From: Eledone cirrhosa
Taxonomy: Eukaryota
Direction of reading: 5' to 3'
Assembly: GCA_964016885.1 (NCBI GenBank)
Contig: OZ024740.1
Location: forward strand, 51,460,001-51,524,000
Length of the DNA: 64,000 bases
In this document: positions 47,600 through 60,220 of the stretch, one piece after another
Numbering within the stretch: position 1 is the first letter of the stretch
Layout of the letters: the number at the start of each line of letters is the position of its first letter
Translations under genes and position numbers: made by a program
The notes under the pieces: generated by a model
Told to the model about the DNA's origin: nothing
Databases searched by the model: none
What the model saw: only the letters and a program-made list of their open reading frames with translations

Positions 47600-49225
47600 C
47601 CATCATCATCATCATCATCACCATCGTTTAACATCTATCTTCCACGCTAGCATGGGTTAGACAGGAGTTGTCAAACTTGAGGCAAGACTGGTCGGGTGAC
47701 CATGTCTCGCTCGTATAGGACTGTCTGGCAGGTTTTCTATGGCTGGATGCCCTTCCTAACACCAACCACATTTACAGTGTGGACTGGGAGGTTTTTACCG
47801 TGTTACCTACACGGCCACATTACAGCGTGAACTGTGTATTTTTTTTGTTGTGACACCTACACGACCTCATTTATTTTGGACTGGATGTTGTGGTACCAAC
47901 ATAACTTTACAGAGAAAGGGTGGTGTTGGTGGGAGTGGGGGTGGTGGGTGGAGTAGGGGTAGTGGGATGGGGGTGTATATTTGGTTAAGAGGTGCCTACT
48001 GACTGTAGGTTTCGCTTTGTACATAGGCAAGGTGGGTCTTCTGTATTACTGCGTAGCGCCAAAAATCTCGGTCCAGTGACATTGTCTTAGAGAGATGTAA
48101 GTGTGTAAGGTCAGAATTTATTAAATCGTCCCAGGTATTTCTGGGTCTACCTACTGTGTAACTCCCATCAATTTTGATCGCCCGGCACTTTTTAATACAG
48201 TTGTCGTCTTTTATGCGCATCACGTGACCATACCAACGTAGTCTTCTCTTGAGTAAACAGCATCTGATCCCTCTTATTCCTAATTTCTCACTTAGTTCAG
48301 TTATGCTTTGCCGTTCGCGTATATTACTATTACACATCCAGCAGAGCATGCATGCTTCGTTCCTCTCTAGTCTGTGCAGATCCTCTGCACACGATGCCCA
48401 TGTCTTACTGCCATGTAACATTGCTGTTCGTATGCAGGCATCATACAATCTGCCTTTCATTTTTAGAGAGAAACCTTTTGTGGCCAACAGCAGTATAAGC
48501 TGTCTGAACTTTTACCATCCCGTTCTGAATCTGGCTACCGTACTTTCAGAGCACCCTCCACCACTGCTGATTTTGTCAGCCAGGTAACAGAAGGTGTCCA
48601 CTATTTCTATAGAACCATCTGGGCAATAGAAGGAGCTAGTATCCTGTGGGCACTTGCAACTTATTGCACCTGAGCATCAGCCACATATAAAATATATGTT
48701 CTTAGATAGCTTACCTGTGATCCCACTACATCTTTTATGTATCCATAGTTTGCATTTGGGACATAAAATGGAATTTCTGCCTACTCCTTTCCTACACACT
48801 GAACATGGCCATTTCCCAGAGGGGACCTGTGCCCTATTTTCCTTTCTACATACTAGAACTTTAGTCTTAGACAAGTTGACTCTAAGGCCTTTTGATTCAA
48901 GGCCAGGCTTCCAGGTTTGGAATTTCTTCTCTAGTTCAGCCATCGATTCAGCTATGAGAGTTAGAGCATCTGCGTATAGAAGTTCCCATGGGCAGACGGT
49001 CTTAAACTCCTCTGTTATAGCCTGAAGGGCAATAATAAATAGGAGGGGGCTAAGGACAGAGCCTTGATGAACACCAACTTTTACTCTAAATTCTTCACTA
49101 TATTCATTGTTAATTCTAACTTTACTGACTGTTTCTTTATACATGGTTTGTATAGCTCTCACAAGCCATTCATCTACACCTAGTTTTCTAGGGGTCCACC
49201 AGATAATGGAACGGGGGACTCTGTA
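47600..49225 (-). mobile_element. 5'-truncated RTE LINE, decayed
   Basis: ORFs 48677-49258 and 47996-48487; (CAT)n tail at 47600. Confidence 0.92.
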
Positions 49226-49514
49226 AATATATATAGATATATTTATATCTAAACCCATGCTAGCGTAGAAGATAGACGTTAAATGATGATGATGATGATA
49301 GGTATACTATTTATGTTAGGTTATTTACCAATGGGTAGAACTGGTGGATTGGGTTGGTAAACGATGATGCAATAAAATCGTCTAGCCTTGCATCATAATG
49401 GGATGATAGGGCTGGGCCATCGAAATGTGTACAGTGCTTTCACAGAATTAAAATTCTAAAGTAAATTTTCCAGTCTGGTCTTCTGTTGTTATAATGTGTG
49501 TGTGTATATATATA

Positions 49515-50190
49515 TCATCATCATCATCATCATCATCATCGTTTAACGTCCATATTCCACGCTTGCATGGGTTTGGACGGGAGTTTTCCCACTTGAGGCA
49601 AGATTGGTTGTCCTGCTCGTATAGGACTGTCTGGCGGGTTTTCTATGGCTGGATGCCCTTCCTAACACCAACCACATTTACAGTGTGGAACTGGGAGGTT
49701 TTTACCGTGTTACCTACACGGCCACATTACAGCGTGGACTGTGTGTTTTTTTGTCGTGACACCTACACGACCTCATTTGTTTCGGACTGGATGTTGTGGT
49801 ACCAACATAACTTTACATTGAAAGGGGTGATGTGGATGGGGTGGGGGTAGTGGGACGGGGTGTATTTTGTTAGAGGTGCCTACTGACTGTAGTAGGTTTC
49901 ACTTTGCACTTAGGTAAGGCGGGTCTTCTGTATTACTGTGTAGCGCCAAAGATCTCGGTTCAGTGACATTGTCTTGGAGAGGTGTAAGTGTGTGAGGTCG
50001 GAATTTATCAAGTCGTCCCAGGTTTTTCTGGGTTTGCCTACTCCGTGGCTACCGTCTATTTTTATTGCCCTGCACTTTTTTATACAGCTGTCGTCTTTCA
50101 TGCGCATCACGTGACCATACCAACGTAGTCTTCTCTTGAGTAAACAACATCTGATCCCTCTTATTCCTAATTTCTCCCTTAGTTCGTTTA
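49515..50190 (-). mobile_element. RTE 3' fragment
   Basis: RRLRWYGHVMRMKDD...; 3' UTR and (CAT)n tail. Confidence 0.9.
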
Positions 50191-50297
50191 TATATATATA
50201 TATGTGTGTGTGTGTAAAAGGTAAACAGAAATAACACAATCAGTACAGTATATGGAAGGAATATATTAGGTTAACACTTGAAATAGCAGGAAGAGGG

Positions 50298-50333
50298 TAT
50301 TAATGTTTCGGACGTTAGTCCTTCATCAGAAGA
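50298..50333 (-). ncRNA. Minimal hammerhead motif, partly decayed copy of 26881-26916
   Basis: tctt-CTGATGA-a-ggac taac gtcc-GAAA-catt-aata. Confidence 0.6.
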
Positions 50334-50734
50334 AAGAATGAAAAATTAGATAGATTGAAGGGATGGGCAGGGTGGAATTAGAAAAAATGTTTTTAAAGAA
50401 AAATAACAGGTCCATTCATGTTATCATCTCTTGGGAAACTGTTAATGCTGACGTTTTGTGTATGATTTATTTTTTAGAAAGGTGGATGATGGAGTGCATC
50501 TACCTGAAATGGAAAAAAAAACGTTTTGTATAAAGAGCTATACTTGTGCATGAGTGTATGCATGTGTGTGTTATTATACGTCTGCACGAAGCTTAGAGGA
50601 TATGTGTGTGTATATGTAAGTAAAAGAGTGTGTGTGTGTGCTTGTAAGTACGGAGCTATAAACATTGATTTTAATATCCTTGGACAAGACACTTAACTCA
50701 ACCTTTGATAGGCTTCAAAACAGAATTTAAGAAA

Positions 50735-50857
50735 ATTATTGTTTCTACTTTTGGCACAAGGCCAGCAATTACTCAGTACATTACTGGTACTTTATTTTAT
50801 CGACCCGTAAGGATGAAAGGCAAAGTTGACCTCGGCGGGATTTGAACTCAGACTGTA
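50735..50857 (-). mobile_element. 5'-truncated SINE family A with TSD gaatttaagaaaat
   Basis: Family body with a flanking direct repeat. Confidence 0.85.
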
Positions 50858-53447
50858 ATGAATTTAAGAAAATAATACTAGACAACTGGCTGTTGACTCA
50901 CAAGAACAAATTGCCATTGCAATCAGTATCCTGTCATGTCTTTACGCAAAACAGATGATTTTGTTTTCAAATGGCTTTAATGTTTAATCAAGAAACTGTT
51001 ATATGTTTTTTCATGTCAAAAGTTTATAAATTATTTCCTTGAAATCGTAAATTATACTTCCGGTTCTCTTGATTAATGAAACAAGTGAGACAACAAAAAG
51101 GAAAAATGAAACAAATAATTCAACAATGCAATGTCAGACACATCAATGTTTTTGTTTTATCTGTTATGTTTAAAGGTTTCTTGCTTCTTTTTGAGTGAAT
51201 ATCATCATCATCAACATCATCATCATTGTTTAACGTCTATTTTCCATGTTTGCATAGTTTAGAAGAGCTGTTATGTTATGATGCTCGACAGATTAGTTGA
51301 CCACATCTTGCTCATATATTCAGTTTTTGGTTTGGTTTCAATGTCTGGATGCTTTTCCAAATACCAACTATTTTGCAGCATACACTGGGGAACTATTTTT
51401 GTGGCAGCAGTGCTACCATATTATGGGTCGGACTGGGTGCTTTTTGCCATAGCATCAGTATAGCCACCTTACAGAGTAGACCAGGTGTTTTTATTGTTGC
51501 ACCAGCACAACCACCATGCAGGGTGAACAGGATGCTTTGGTGGCACTAGCACAACCACTACTTTTGATTAATATTTGGTGGTCTACCTCTGGGTTTCTTG
51601 CCAGTTGGCTTTGGCTATAAAATCTGTTCAGTAGTTCTTTCCTCAGTTATTCTTACCATTTATCCATAGTACCGGAGCTGTGATCTTTCAATCCAGAGAA
51701 GTAGCAAGCAGCTTTACCTGGAGTGACTACTTGATCTCCGAGGTATGCACTCACTTGAATCTCATTACTTCAAAGACCTTTCAGAGGAACTCTTTTTCAG
51801 CCATTTGTATTCATGATCATATTCTTTTGGTCATTACTCAAGATTCAAGGCACAAGCACTGAATTGAAGATAACAAGGTTTGCTTTTACACCTACCTTTC
51901 TTCTGATGAAGGCACATTATTGCACCAGCTCCAGCAATTCTTGCATTTAATTCAGTTTTCCATTACTCATGAAAACAATCCTGAGATACTTGAACTTCTC
52001 TACCTGCTTCAGTGTAGCAAGGTTATATAAAATCCATAAGCTCAGTTGGTCTCACTTGGGGATCCAGACAGATCATTAAAAGATGGTTACTTCCATTAGG
52101 ACCCTTTGGAAGGTATGTCTGAGAACCCCCCCCCCCCCATGACGCTCTTAGGAATAAGTAGGTGAAGAAGAAGAGTGGTGGTGATAATATGTGATGGTGG
52201 CAATTGTGTTGATGACAATGATGTCAATTTGAAGAATATAGTAGATGAAAGAACAGGCCCTATCTCAAGTTGGGACCAATTTCTGTAGGAAATACTGGAA
52301 ATTTAGGTATCAGCTGTCTAGACAAAACCATTGTTCTTTTCAGGGTTGGATTAAGTTTTGCCCTGGCCTTGTTTTTTTTTGTTTGTTTGTTTTCAGGGAT
52401 GAATTAAGGTTTGTCCTTGTTGATATGCAGCAGACTCTGTGTCAAAGGCTTATGTTTTAAGATGTTTCAATTGGTATATACTTTGTTGAAGACTTTTACA
52501 TATGTTTTGTATGTATCAACCCATAGACTAATTTGAGCTTCCTTAAATTCAGCTCTGGTTTTATCTGGCAATATTTGTCTTTCAAGAATAGATAATGAAG
52601 ACTGGATGAAAACAGCACTTGAGATATTGTATATATTTGTGTATAAGTTGCATTGTTTTCCACAAAAGTATGATAGGGAAAACTACCATGCAATTTATCT
52701 AACTGAATTGACAAAACTTCAATCCAAAATACATGGTACACTATAAATGCATTGTAAAATAGAATAAGACTTATCTTGTGTAATTTATCATTCAATACAA
52801 CTTACACAGAGGTATATATGGTAGTTGTTGTTTAACTTCAGGTTAATTCCAATTAAGTAAACTTATGATCAAAGGCATTCCAGTTGCAACCGTCTCATTT
52901 CATTTCAGATATAGTATATTGGAGACTACATGATATGGCTTTCCTTTTTTCAGATAGTAGGAAATCATTTTAATATATGGCTATTATTTCCAATTGGTCA
53001 AGCGAACACTTTAAGTTGATAGCTGAAGTTGTGACTGATCAAGGAAAAAAATGGATTGAGGAGTTGAACATAAAAGAATTCACACACACATATCTGATAC
53101 ATATCTGATTTGTAATTTAGGCAAAAATCCAGCAAATTTTGGGAAAGGACAAAGTTGTTTAAATCAACCCCAGTACTTGACTGGTACTTTTATCAAACCT
53201 GGAAGGATGAAAGGTAATATTGACCTGATACATGAATAAACTTAACAAATTTTTATCATTGAAATTCCACATTTTTCATGTTTCAAAATGATCAGAATGG
53301 TTATGATTCTTCAGAGCATGTTAAGATAAAGATGGAATGCATATAGTTATAGCAATGAAACTTTGCCAAACTGATGAAGCAAACATCCTCAAGTAAAATG
53401 ATAATTTTAATTTGCTGTTTTTATATTTTCTATTGCAGACATAAAAT

Positions 53448-53625
53448 ATGGCTGCTCCTTCATCAACATCTAAAGAAAGTATTCCATTAGAAATGTCAAA
53501 AATGAAGAAATTTGAAAAATTACTTGGCTTTGAGTTTTCAGACTTCATAAGTACTTCACGATTTGTCAGGTTATTGAATCGTCCTACTGATCCTGCTTTA
53601 CTTGGAATGACACGGCTTCTTTTTG
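53448..53625 (+). CDS. GGCX: Vitamin K-dependent gamma-glutamyl carboxylase, first coding exon
   Basis: [10 protein letters not shown]...[22 protein letters not shown] matches the recalled human KLLGFEWTDL...[19 protein letters not shown]. Acceptor ttgcag ends at 53438, in-frame TAA before the ATG, donor g|gtaagt (phase 1). Confidence 0.95.
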
Positions 53626-54659
53626 GTAAGTCTAGCCAACTAATTTTACAATTGAATCTTCAATATTCTAATAATATTGTTGTGGGTTTGTAAGATAGTC
53701 AAAGACAAAAGAATAATCAGCATCGATAATTTCAAGGTCCCTTTGTCATCTTCATCATTTAATGTCCATTTACCCTGCTAGTAAGGGTTGGAGGGGTTGT
53801 CACAGAACAAGCTAGCATTGCAGTGGAGCTTCTGACTTCTTAGTTAAGTCAGGACCTGCATTTCGCTTACATATGTTCCCACACTCTACTGAATGTATTT
53901 TATCATGGCGCCAGCATTAGTTAGGTTATCATATCTTTCACACAGCTGAAAAGCTCTCCCAACCCTTTGTCAAGTTTTCTACATCTGGATGTCCTTTATC
54001 TCAATGAATAATTCAAACTGTATTATACGGTAGACCTAATAAATCACTGTTTAACACTACTCCCATCTGGCCTTTCAGCGCCTTTAGTGGAGTTTATTCT
54101 TTTCAAACACTTCACACCATAGAGTGCAGGCCAAAAGGTGAGCTGAATAAAAAACAATATTGGTTTACCATTTCATGTTTCACATAATTTCAAATCTATG
54201 GCAGGTCTTCAGAGTTTTTTTTATTTCTTTTTCTGGGCTTGTAATTTGATCTATGTTGTCTGTGAATTTAATCTGAAATAGACTAGCAAACTATTCGGTG
54301 GGGAGATTAATTATTTCTCCCATTTGCCTCATACCAGGAAAAGAAGAAAAATATCTCAAGGTCTTCCGAGTCTATAATTTTTATTTCTATTCATTTTTAA
54401 AACAAACAATTCAATAAATGTATTTGAAATGTTGGAATCCAAACATAAATCTCTATAAATAATAATAGCTTTATAAATTTGGGTAAAATACCCTTATGGA
54501 CAGAAAAAATTGGCCAGCCATCACTATGGAGGATCAAATGTTACTATATTTTCGAAAGCTATTATTATTTATAGTGATTTTTGCAATTACTTCTTTGACC
54601 ACATAACCGTTGATTTCAATATCTAGTTCCTCTGTTTAGTCAGCTAGGGGTAGTCACTC

Positions 54660-55055
54660 TCTTCATCTCACTCATTCTTCACATTCATCCGCCTCTCATA
54701 GTAACATTTCCAGGCCTCTTTCTTTTGAGCACCTAAGTGCACAAGTGTAATTTCTAACACACTTTCTCCCAGCTACATCCTGATTCACACTGACACACTG
54801 CCTTGCAATATGGAACACTTCACATCTCTTATCCTCACATTTCAAGACATTGGCAAATCTCCTTTCAGCCTCTTTGCATGCTATATTTACTTGTCTAGCT
54901 TCTCTCTTAGCTATCTGGTACTGGTTACCTCAATTATTCTAGTCTTTCCATGCCTGTCTCTTGGTCTTAATTGTTGTATTCACTGTCCTGTTCCACCACC
55001 AAGTTACCCTCTGTCTGGCTAGTGCTTTGATCCAGCCACAAGTCCCATCAGTCTG
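54660..55055 (-). mobile_element. Old RTE fragment (EN-RT linker) in a GGCX intron
   Basis: Matches 1395-1770 (acatttccaggcc, gacacactgccttgcaatatggaacac, ttccaccacca, ccagccaca). Confidence 0.75.
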
Positions 55056-55557
55056 TAGTATATGTATACATAATGTGTGTGTATGCCCTACTCCAACTCT
55101 AACCAGGACCACTCACCTCCACACCATTTAAATTCTAACATATCAGTTATACCTCCTTAGTAGCTGTTCACATCATCACAATACCCTCTATCCCAAACCC
55201 CACTCCCCTCCCTCTTACCACTTTGTCAAATTCCATCATACTTGTCATACTGTCACCACATACTTTCTCATTCATTCTCTCTCCCACATCACTATTTTGA
55301 ACTCCACCACATTAACCCTTTGAACCCTATCACACCTGTTGTACACATATGACATTATACATATCCTTTGCTTCCCACCATCACTTACTCATGACATAGT
55401 TACCATCCTTCCTATATCCCTATCCTATCCCCATCCATAGGATAGAGATTGCTCTTCATTTGAGTCGATGACCAATAGCCTCCCTAGTGCTGGTGCCACC
55501 TTAAAATGTATGTAGTACACCCTGTAAAGTAGTTGATGTTAGGAAGGGTGTAGGAGT

Positions 55558-55935
55558 CATCATCATTATCATCACCGTTTTATGTCAATTTTTCCATGCT
55601 AGCATGGGTTAGACGAGTTGTCATGTTGTGGGCAATGTTAGGTCAGGTGACCATGACTTGCATACACAAAACTGATTTTGGCTTGAATTTCTATAGCTGG
55701 ATGCTCTTCCTAACACCAACCTCATTTACTGTGAGTACTGGGTGCTTTTTGTTGTGTCACCAAAACGACTACTTTACAGTGTGGACTGGGTGCTTTTTGT
55801 TGTCACCAACATGACCACTTTACAGTGTGGACTGGGTGCTTTTTGTTGTGTCACCAACATGACCACTTTACAGTGTTGACTGAGTGCTTTTTGTCATGAC
55901 ACCTATACGACCACTTTACAGTGTGGGCTGGAGGC
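55558..55935 (-). mobile_element. RTE 3'-UTR-only (non-autonomous) copy with ~45-bp tandem units
   Basis: ccatgctagcatgg stem; repeated accactttacagtgtggactgggtgcttttt. Confidence 0.75.
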
Positions 55936-56342
55936 TTCACTGGATGTATACTTCATACTGCTCTCGTGGGAGGTGTATGGGAGGGTGGAGTGGATCTCAA
56001 AATGCTGAACTTCACAGGATGACAAATGAATGCAACATGTGGTGAGAGGCTGTGCTGGAAAAGACCTGTCCAACCCATGCAAGCATGGAAAAATAGACCT
56101 AATAAAAAATAGTATTGTTGATAATGAAATAAAAAGTGTGTGTCTATAATTTTTTTTTCCTTTGTTCCCTCACATTTTACATATGAGGTTCTACCAGAAA
56201 AGGAGTAGGTTGGTGCTGTCTGTGTCTGTATGTTTGTGTTCTTTCTATTCTTAATATGTATATGTGCAGGTATTTGCTTGTATGTAAAGATGTGCAGGTA
56301 TTTGCTTGTATGTAAACATATACAAAATGTCTTTTTCTGCAG

Positions 56343-56498
56343 GATTTATTATGGTGCTGGATATTCCACAGGAGCGGGGCTTAGCATCCATTGATGAAAA
56401 ATACAACAATGATCAAATGTGTAATTTTCCTTTATTTGAATTCCTGAAACCTCTTCCTTTGGAATGGATGTACATACTCTACTTTTCTATGTGGCTTT
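56343..56498 (+). CDS. GGCX: GGCX coding exon 2
   Basis: [21 protein letters not shown]...[26 protein letters not shown]; ttctgcag acceptor, gtaagt donor; 156 bp. Confidence 0.95.
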
Positions 56499-56561
56499 GT
56501 AAGTAACTTGAACTTCTCATATAGAGTATTACTATATATTGATTAATATTTAGGTAGAGTA

Positions 56562-56775
56562 GGGCGGTGGTTTGGCAGTAGCAGAAGAGTGTCGGACAAC
56601 ATGCTTTATGGCATAGGGTTATGCCCCTTTACAATCTGAGTTCAAATCCGAGTTTAACTTGCCTTTCATCCTTACAGGATCGATAAAATAAAGTTCCTGT
56701 AATGCACTGGGGTCCATTTAATCGACTTTCCCCTCCTCCAAAATTGTTGGCCTTGTGCCTAAATCAGAAACCAAT
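56562..56775 (+). mobile_element. SINE family A with 16-bp TSD aatatttaggtagagt
   Basis: Family head and body with a flanking direct repeat. Confidence 0.88.
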
Positions 56776-57429
56776 ATTTAGGTAGAGTTGATGCTATTTG
56801 GGCCACAAGTAATTTTTATCAAGGCATTCCAGCCATGACCATCCTGTCTTTACAAGGAGTATTTAGGTCTACATTTTATAATGTGTACTTTATTTAAAAT
56901 AACAGTCTGATTTGGTTGCTATTTCTAGAAGAACAAGCAACCTTGTAGAGGCTCCTTTATTTCTGTTTTCAATTAGATAGATATTAACTGACATTTCTTT
57001 TGCATTAATTTTTCTATGCTAGCTTCATTTCCGATTAATGAAGATATTTTGCATCTACATAGAACACAAGATTTCTCTCATTAAATGGCACACAAATATT
57101 GTTTATATATAAGGCATACTTGGTTTATTGTGTCTTTAGAGGGTACATTAATTTTGTTTTGTCTTCATAGGGCACACATTATTTGTATCTTTCATTAGAA
57201 ATATGGTAATGAAAGGGTTCATATCAAGGTATCTGAATGGTTGAATAAGAGAACAGTAGAGCAAATGTCTAAAAGTAATTAGTCTCATTACACCATATTC
57301 TAAGTTCAAAATCACGCTGGGCTTAACTTCATCTTTCATCCTTCATCCTTATCATAGTTCATGAAAATAAATACGAGGCATGTGCAAGTATTGATTCAAA
57401 GTTTTGTGTCAGTGAGATAAATCATTATT

Positions 57430-57618
57430 GTGGATTGGCAGTATTGGTAGAGGGTCGGACACTATGCTTTGACGCATAGAGTTACGGCCCTTGCTATTCT
57501 GTGTTCAAATCCCGCTGAGGTTAACTTTGCCTTTCATCCTTACGGGGTCGATAAAATAAAGTACCAGTAATGCACTGGGTAATTGCTGGCCTTGTGCCAA
57601 AAGTAGAAACAATTATTA
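57430..57618 (+). mobile_element. SINE family A
   Basis: Family head, body and gaaacaattattat tail. Confidence 0.88.
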
Positions 57619-57731
57619 TGAAAACATTAAAAAAGAGAAAAGAAAAACAAGAATCTTCCTTAGCATATGCTCAAATATTTTGTTTTGTCATATCTGAATC
57701 TAATCAATTCATCTCATTTCTGTTTTTGTAG

Positions 57732-57897
57732 GTGCATTTTTCATGATGATCGGTTTCTATTTCCGTTTAAGCACAACTCTTTTTGCTGCAATTTATTGGT
57801 ATCTCTTCTTTTTGGACAAAACCAAATGGAATAATCATTCATACCTCTATGGACTGCATGCAATTATGCTTATGGTCAGTGATGCTAACCGATATTG
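57732..57897 (+). CDS. GGCX: GGCX coding exon 3
   Basis: CAFFMMIGFYFR...YWYLFFLDKTKWNNHSYLYGL...DANRYW; tttgtag acceptor, gtaagt donor; 166 bp. Confidence 0.95.
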
Positions 57898-58167
57898 GTA
57901 AGTCTGAGCAATCTGAAAACGGGACCCCCCCCCCCCCACTCTCACCAAGCGTGAAACTAATAACACCATGTAACATTTACTCCTGCGATTGTTTGTTTTT
58001 TGTTTTCTGTTATTTCGAACTATATATATATATATATTTGAATTTTGTATTTGTAAAGAAATACAGTATGTTTATAAATAAACATTTAAAAAGTCATAGC
58101 TATGAATAACACTGGCAGCCAACATCACCGAGCAGTGTTCAGTAAAAGCAAGGGGGACAACCGTTGA

Positions 58168-58208
<41 letters not shown>

Positions 58209-58277
58209 GAGCGGAACAAGTAATCATCAAACAATCTTTCAAATAAATTAAAAACGATTTAAATATTCACCTGTTCT

Positions 58278-58363
58278 ATCGCAGTTACCGACGGTTTCAC
58301 TAATCAAAAGATTGGAAATTCAGAGAATTTCCAATGGAAAGAATTAGATCTTCAGACAGCTAT
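58278..58363 (-). ncRNA. Type I hammerhead ribozyme motif in a GGCX intron, antisense to the gene
   Basis: Minus strand: atagctgt-CTGAAGA-tctaatt..attggaaattc tct gaatttccaat..gattagt-GAAA-ccgtcgg-TA-actgcgat. Confidence 0.65.
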
Positions 58364-58854
58364 TTCCGTACTATAAGGGTATAAAGCCTCATAGTAAGAT
58401 AATATATCGCTTCCTGCCCGTTGCATGGAGTCAGGCCGTTAAAGTGACCCACACACAAAAATAGGCCATAAATAAAAGCGGGATATTATAAACTTGTTGA
58501 TCATGCCGCTAAAAATAGCAGCGCGATACAACGTTTTGTTCTCTACATATAGGAGAATAATTATAAAAGGGTATGGATATTCCAACAGGCACTAAGTACC
58601 TACAGAAATATGCATGGTGTTTATAAATATATATATATATATATATAATATCGTAAACCTACTCCAAAAACTTGTTGAGTGCTTTTATATCAGTTATAAA
58701 ATATTTACTCGTTGTAACCCAACAATTTTAAATAAAACTTTTGCATATATATATATAGCATCATCATCATCATCATCATTTTACGTCTGCTCTTCCCTGC
58801 TTGCAAGGGTATATATATATATATAAAAAAAATATATATATATGTCTAGATGTG

Positions 58855-58899
<45 letters not shown>

Positions 58900-58906
58900 G
58901 TGTATG

Positions 58907-58938
<32 letters not shown>

Positions 58939-58961
58939 TGTATATGTATATATGTATATAT

Positions 58962-59348
58962 GGAGGCACATGGCTTAGTGGTTCGAGCATTGGCCTTGCA
59001 ATCGAATGGTTGTCAGTTCAATTCTCAGACTGGGTGATGTGTTGTTTCCTTGAGCAAGACACTTTATTTCACATTGCTCCAGTTTACTCAGCTGTAGAAA
59101 TGAGACGATAGGACTAGGGTCCCTATCATTCCACTGGAAAGTGGTCGTGGAGGTGCCACGAAAAAAAACACCCAGCCCACACTGTAAAGTGGACGTGTAA
59201 GCGCCATGGAAAACAAAAAGCACCCAGCACTCACTGTAAATGAGGTTGGTGTTAGGAAGGGCATCCAGCTGTAGAAATCAAGCCAGAATCAGTTCCCGTC
59301 CCACTCTTGCAAGCAGGGAAAAGCGGACGTAAAATGATGACGATGATA
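58962..59348 (+). mobile_element. tRNA-headed CORE-like SINE with RTE-derived 3' tail
   Basis: A box tggcttagtgg, B-like agttcaattc, ccttgagcaagacactt..cagctgtagaaatg, then RTE 3' UTR units and a gatgacgatgat tail. Confidence 0.75.
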
Positions 59349-59372
59349 TATATATGTATGTATATATATGTA

Positions 59373-59410
<38 letters not shown>

Positions 59411-59533
59411 AAATTAAGATAAATCAAAATGAATTTAATTTAAATCAAAATTATGGGTGTCATGCCAGAAAGGCATGCGCCATATCACCCGTAAAATAAG
59501 CTCCAAGATTCTAATGAATAGGTCCGAGCATTT

Positions 59534-59688
59534 TATAGCAACTAGAAATTGATTAACATATAAATAAACATATGAAACAATCACAGGGGATAATTTTTAC
59601 CTAGCTATGTGTTACACACTTGTTAAAATTATCCCTTGTGATTGTTTTATATGTTTATTTATATGTTAATCAATTTCTAGTTGTTATA
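59534..59688. repeat. Fold-back hairpin adjacent to (TA)n
   Basis: tagcaactagaaattgattaacatataaataaacat...ggataatttt / aaaattatcc...atgttaatcaatttctagttgtta. Confidence 0.88.
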
Positions 59689-59835
59689 TATATATATATT
59701 TATATATATTTATGTGTGTATATATGTATATATATATATGTATGTATATATATATATATATGTATATATATATAAGTATATATATATATGTATGTATATA
59801 TATATATATATGTATGTATGTATATATATATATAA

Positions 59836-60019
59836 AAATCAGGTAAAGTACTCCTGATAATGGATAAAAAGTGAACTGTGGCATCTTCCTCACAGTTGCC
59901 TTCCTCACAGGTACCATCATCTCCAGTAGATTCCTGAAGGCATCTTGCTTACAGGTAGATTTGTTCACAGGTGCTTCTGTTCACTTTTTTCATCACCAGT
60001 AGTACTTTATCTGATTTTC
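59836..60019. repeat. Fold-back with ~45-bp imperfect arms adjacent to (TA)n
   Basis: aaaatcaggtaaagtact...aaaaagtgaac / gttcacttttt...agtactttatctgatttt. Confidence 0.75.
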
Positions 60020-60141
60020 TCAACTATTAGTTATAGCTATTGACTATTGTTATAGTCATTTACATTAGGAAAACTTAATTTCAAATATATTTCTAAATAT
60101 ACATTGTTGTTTATATTTGCTATTTCTTCTTTTACTTGAAG

Positions 60142-60220
60142 GTCCGTTGATGGTCTTTTGAACCCCAAAATCAGAAATGCTCATGTACCATTATGGAACT
60201 ATACTCTATTGAGATTTCAG
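60142..60220 (+). CDS. GGCX: GGCX coding exon 4
   Basis: [26 protein letters not shown]; gaag acceptor, gtattc donor; 79 bp; phases consistent. Confidence 0.95.

Noticed and set aside
56261-56316. 28-bp tandem duplication containing cag|gt upstream of GGCX exon 2 as a micro-exon
   Set aside because: Flanking exons already join in phase and give a continuous GGCX alignment; no pyrimidine tract supports it.
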